Virus record (IMG/VR): IMGVR_UViG_3300017784_009472
Span: 1 to 26,633 of that record
From: a virus
Lineage: Duplodnaviria; Caudoviricetes
Strand: one strand, 5' to 3'
Length of the DNA: 26,633 nucleotides
In this document: in pieces, positions 23,444 to 26,633 of the stretch
Layout: every line of letters begins with the position of its first letter
Position numbering within the stretch: the first letter of the stretch is position 1
Notes under the pieces: model-generated
Database searches by the model: none
Told to the model about the DNA's origin: nothing
What the model saw: only the letters and a program-made list of their open reading frames with translations
Translations under genes and position numbers: made by a program

Positions 23444-24922
23444 ATGAAAAAAGTTGTTCGTCCTTCGCAGTCATATATTGACGAATCAAGAGCCGCAGCT
23501 CTTCTTGAAAAGTGGAGTCCAGTATTGGATTACTCTTCCAAGAATGTTGCAGCAATCGAAGATGATCATACCCGTTTGAACACAGCTATTCTCTTGGAAA
23601 ACCAAGAGCAATGGTGCTTAAGGGAAGCAGGCCCAAATTATGTGCCTTCTCTTCCTGATCAAGCAGGTTCAACAGGCTCTGTAGGTACATTCCAGACATC
23701 CAATTGGACTAATAATCCAGCTGGTACTCCTGGCACTGATTCCTATGCAGCAGGTGATTATCGTCTTCCAAAGATCTTGATTCCGATGATTCGTAGAACG
23801 TTCCCAGAACTTATTTCTAATGAAATCGTTGGCGTGCAGCCTATGTCAGGCCCAGTGGGTTTGGCATTTGCTTTGCGCTATCGTTACGAGAATGAGGCCC
23901 TTGGTAACGGTGTTGATGGTCAGCCATCAGCTACCGGTGCAACCGTTGGTACTGATTACGGCAGCACAACTGCCGCAGGTACTGATGGACAAGAATTGGG
24001 CTATCAGTTCCTAGATACACGTTTCACTGGTACATCATCTGCCGGCTTGTCCGGTAACTCTGCCTTCTCGATCCTCGGATCAGATGCAGGTGTAGCACGT
24101 ATTCTCAAGGACTTCGAATTGACGGGTAAAATCCCTCAAGTCGTAGTTTCTTTTGAGAAGACAGCAGTTGAAGCTGGTACACGTAGACTAGGCGCTCGCT
24201 GGTCAGTAGAATTGGAGCAAGATCTTAAGAACATGAACGGTATTGACATTGACACTGAATTGACAAATGCCATGAGCTATGAGCTACAGGCAGAAATCGA
24301 TCGTGAAATGATCATCCGCATGATCCAGGTCGCTCTAAACGCTGGCGTAAACACCGGCTACTCTGTTTGGAGCCCAGCTTCAGCAGACGGCCGTTGGCTC
24401 GTTGAACGTAATCGCGATTTCTATCAGAGATTAATTATCGAAGCTAACCGTATTGCTGTTCGTAATCGTCGTGGTGCAGCCAACTTTGTTGTTGCAACAC
24501 CTCGCGTTTGCGCTATCCTTGAGATGCTCCCTGAATTCCAGTGGGTACCTGTACAGGGTAATGTAAACACACAACCAGTAGGCGTAGCTAAGGTAGGTTC
24601 ACTTGGTGGACGTTTTAATGTGTATCGTGACACACGTACTGAGGCACAGTTTCAATCTGGTGCTCGTCAGCAACCGCTCGAGTATGCCCTGTTGGGCTAC
24701 AAGGGTCCTGAGTTCTACGACACTGGTATTATCTACTGCCCATACATCCCTGTTATGGTACAGCGTACAATTGGTCCAAATGATTTCGCTCCACGTGTTG
24801 GTCTCATGACCCGCTACGGTGTAGTCGACAATATATTTGGTGCTAACTTGTACTACCACGTTATCATCATCTCGGGTCTAGGCGTTGCCTTTACCCCTGG
24901 AACACAATCAGTCTACTTCTAA
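23444..24922 (+). CDS. gp23: major capsid protein, T4 gp23 family
   Basis: LLEKWSPVL, TAILLENQE, LIPMIRRTFP, GVQPMSGPVGL.FALR, EKTAVEAGTRRLGARWSVELEQDLK, AEIDRE, LLGYKG, YCPYIP, GLMTRYG. Confidence 0.98.
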   Translation: MKKVVRPSQSYIDESRAAALLEKWSPVLDYSSKNVAAIEDDHTRLNTAILLENQEQWCLREAGPNYVPSLPDQAGSTGSVGTFQTSNWTNNPAGTPGTDSYAAGDYRLPKILIPMIRRTFPELISNEIVGVQPMSGPVGLAFALRYRYENEALGNGVDGQPSATGATVGTDYGSTTAAGTDGQELGYQFLDTRFTGTSSAGLSGNSAFSILGSDAGVARILKDFELTGKIPQVVVSFEKTAVEAGTRRLGARWSVELEQDLKNMNGIDIDTELTNAMSYELQAEIDREMIIRMIQVALNAGVNTGYSVWSPASADGRWLVERNRDFYQRLIIEANRIAVRNRRGAANFVVATPRVCAILEMLPEFQWVPVQGNVNTQPVGVAKVGSLGGRFNVYRDTRTEAQFQSGARQQPLEYALLGYKGPEFYDTGIIYCPYIPVMVQRTIGPNDFAPRVGLMTRYGVVDNIFGANLYYHVIIISGLGVAFTPGTQSVYF

Positions 24923-24983
24923 AATTGGAAGTGATAGAGTTGTAGAAAGAAAAACATTTCACCTAGTACGTCCTAGGATAGTT

Positions 24984-25016
24984 AAAAAAGGGCCTCTTGC
25001 GGGGCCCTTTTTTTTT
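24984..25016 (+). terminator. rho-independent terminator after gp23 (potentially bidirectional)
   Basis: A6-GGGCCTC-TTGC-GGGGCCC-T9. Confidence 0.92.
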
Positions 25017-25037
25017 GCAAAAAAATAAACTATACAG

Positions 25038-25045
25038 AATAAATA
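25038..25045 (+). promoter_or_regulatory. T4-type late promoter
   Basis: AATAAATA, 5 nt before ATG 25051. Confidence 0.65.
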
Positions 25046-25050
25046 ATTAT

Positions 25051-25443
25051 ATGGCATCAATAGTATTTTCATTTCAAGTTGCAGATCCAGCTGCTTCAAA
25101 CCCAACATCTTTAAACTTATCCAAGTCGGCTTTTGATGCTGCAGGTAGTTTTCTTGGGGTTAACTTAATTACTTTGGGTAGCACTGCACAATCATTGTTA
25201 TTTCAAGCTGCTACCGGTAGCTTGACAAGTACATATGCTGTTCTTTCCGGTTCTCTGGATGGTGTTAACACATCATTTAGAGTTGATAAAGCTTATAACG
25301 GTGCACAATTTGCACTACAAAGATCAGATCGATCAAGCTCAATCTTCACTTGTGCAACAGGCTCAGCCGCACAGACATTAGCAGATAATGGTTTTGATAG
25401 CGTAAGTCCAGAAGCTCTAAGACTCTGGAATCTTAACGGTTAA
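25051..25443 (+). CDS. hypothetical late virion protein, candidate capsid decoration protein
   Basis: 130 aa, Ser/Ala/Thr-rich, starting MASIVFSFQV. Start moved from TTG 24997, which lies inside the terminator loop. Directly follows gp23. Confidence 0.7.
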   Translation: MASIVFSFQVADPAASNPTSLNLSKSAFDAAGSFLGVNLITLGSTAQSLLFQAATGSLTSTYAVLSGSLDGVNTSFRVDKAYNGAQFALQRSDRSSSIFTCATGSAAQTLADNGFDSVSPEALRLWNLNG

Positions 25444-26364
25444 TTATTGCCGTACTGTCTTAGTAAAGTACTTCCACTTGTCCCACATGGCACCGTTCTG
25501 CTTGAGCAGTTCCTGGCTATTGGCTCTAATAGGATTGATATCAATACCACCACGTCTCACATACAGACATGACACCATTAGTTCTTCAGGTCTTGTCAAA
25601 TCATAAAGACGCTTGTAAATCGTCTCACAAATCTCTTCATGGAAGTGACATTCGTCTCTAAATGAAACAATGTACTGCAACAGAGATGTTTGATTGAGTT
25701 CACAAGGTCCTTTGTAATGAATATAAACATCCCCCCAGTCCGGTTGAGATGTGACCCTGCAATTACTCTTTAACAGGGCTGAATGAAAGCGCTGCACTTT
25801 GCTACTGTCACCTTCTAACCAACCAAGTAGTGTAGGATCTTCTTTGTAGCCACGCGATTTGATAGCAGTGACATCAATATTGTTTTCCAGTGTAGGATAC
25901 AACGCAGAAGGAAACAATGCTGGGTAATACATTGCATCATCAATTGCTTTTGTAAGCCTGACACACACTCTGACTTCAGTTTCAAGCAATTTGGAAAGAT
26001 CATTTTCCATTACAGCTTCAAGCTGCTGCAGTACACTGATAATATTGCCTTGATATGTCTCCATATTAAACGAATTCATGTACAGTTTAATGGACTTGGA
26101 TTCAACAATATATTTGTTAGTAGCAGGGTAAACAACTTTAGCAATAGCTGCAATGGGCATGCCCTCTTGAGTCAAGCAAGACACTTCATAAGCATTCCAC
26201 ACATCGTAGCCAAAAAAAGGTGGATTTTCATCAGAGATGTTCAAATGTTTCCTATTATTTTGTCTTGGTTCCCGAACCAGAAGCGAAGGATCATATGTAC
26301 ATTTGTACCCGGTAATTTTACCCAAATGCTTTGAGATATTACTATTATCTAATTCTGTATTCAT
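25444..26364 (-). CDS. queF: NADPH-dependent 7-cyano-7-deazaguanine (preQ0) reductase, bimodular type
   Basis: YDPSLL, DVWNAYEVSCL, VESKSIKLYMNSFN (QueF motif), LLKSNCRVTSQPDWG (catalytic Cys/Asp), FHEEICE, YVRRGGIDINP. Confidence 0.96.
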   Translation of the reverse strand: MNTELDNSNISKHLGKITGYKCTYDPSLLVREPRQNNRKHLNISDENPPFFGYDVWNAYEVSCLTQEGMPIAAIAKVVYPATNKYIVESKSIKLYMNSFNMETYQGNIISVLQQLEAVMENDLSKLLETEVRVCVRLTKAIDDAMYYPALFPSALYPTLENNIDVTAIKSRGYKEDPTLLGWLEGDSSKVQRFHSALLKSNCRVTSQPDWGDVYIHYKGPCELNQTSLLQYIVSFRDECHFHEEICETIYKRLYDLTRPEELMVSCLYVRRGGIDINPIRANSQELLKQNGAMWDKWKYFTKTVRQ

Positions 26365-26371
26365 TGTATAT

Positions 26372-26399
26372 ATTATATGCTATCTATTAAGTTCTTCAA
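26372..26399 (-). promoter_or_regulatory. sigma70-like promoter for queF
   Basis: Minus strand TTGAAG-N16-TATAAT, 7 nt before ATG 26364. Confidence 0.65.
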
Positions 26400-26633
26400 C
26401 TCATTATATTTGTCATCCAAATTGTAAGTTGAAACGCCACCTGATAAAAGATGAGCAGTTTCTGGTAAAATATCTTCGTAACTTTCGTCACGTCGAATAT
26501 CAAGTCGCTTGATGCTTTCTCTAAACCTCTTGCTATTAAATTGCTCAATTTGATTCTTAAGCAACATAAAATTCATAATTGAAGAGAATTCTTGCTTAAC
26601 ATATGTGACACTTTCACCTGGAAAACGTTGCAG
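26373..26633 (-). CDS. 3' end of a gene that starts outside the window; resembles C-termini of phage radical-SAM proteins
   Basis: Frame open to the window edge (LQRFPGESVTYVKQEFSSIMNFML...); contains F...IKRLDIRRDESYEDILPE. Family call is tentative. Confidence 0.55.
   Translation of the reverse strand: MQRFPGESVTYVKQEFSSIMNFMLLKNQIEQFNSKRFRESIKRLDIRRDESYEDILPETAHLLSGGVSTYNLDDKYNELKNLIDSI

Noticed and set aside
24913-24977. Small hairpins after gp23 (ACTTCT/GGAAGT; CCTAG/CTAGG) as ncRNA or tRNA
   Set aside because: Short stems, no cloverleaf; no tRNA seen in the window.
24997-25050. N-terminal extension MRGPFFLQ... in the ORF track
   Set aside because: The TTG lies in the terminator loop; ATG 25051 follows a late promoter.
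4993-26512. Remaining 60-150 aa antisense or out-of-frame ORFs within queE, kinase, MTase, DUF366, gp21, gp23 and queF
   Set aside because: Overlapped by well-supported genes, with no independent signals.
1-26633. Stop-codon reassignment (TAG or TGA)
   Set aside because: Conserved genes are intact in code 11; TAG (5398, 10270, 14892, 21142) and TGA end genes right at the next start or promoter.

Overview
A 26.6 kb segment of an AT-rich, large T4-like (gp21/gp22/gp23-type) tailed phage genome using the standard genetic code. It has four main components. (1) A dispersed 7-deazaguanine pathway: folE, queD, queE and a bimodular queF, with no queC or dpdA/tgt visible in this window. A P-loop kinase-like gene is coupled to queE, and a DUF366-like ligase-fold gene is nearby. 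(2) A 12-gene glycosylation island (7873-17417): about 8 glycosyltransferase-like genes, 2 SAM methyltransferases, an SDR epimerase and a GDP-mannose 3',5'-epimerase-like gene. (3) Replication and assembly genes (gp62-like clamp loader subunit, GroES-like co-chaperonin, Fe-S DinG/XPD-type helicase) plus phoH. (4) The head module: prohead protease, a 50-aa gp67-like gene missing from the ORF track, scaffold, major capsid protein and terminator. Two promoter classes recur: TTGANN-N16-TA(T)AAT and T4-late-like (N)ATAAATA. Both usually sit 5-8 nt before a start codon, which implies mostly leaderless mRNAs. At three sites an early-type and a late-type promoter lie back to back. All assignments come from motif recognition by eye; no database searches were run.
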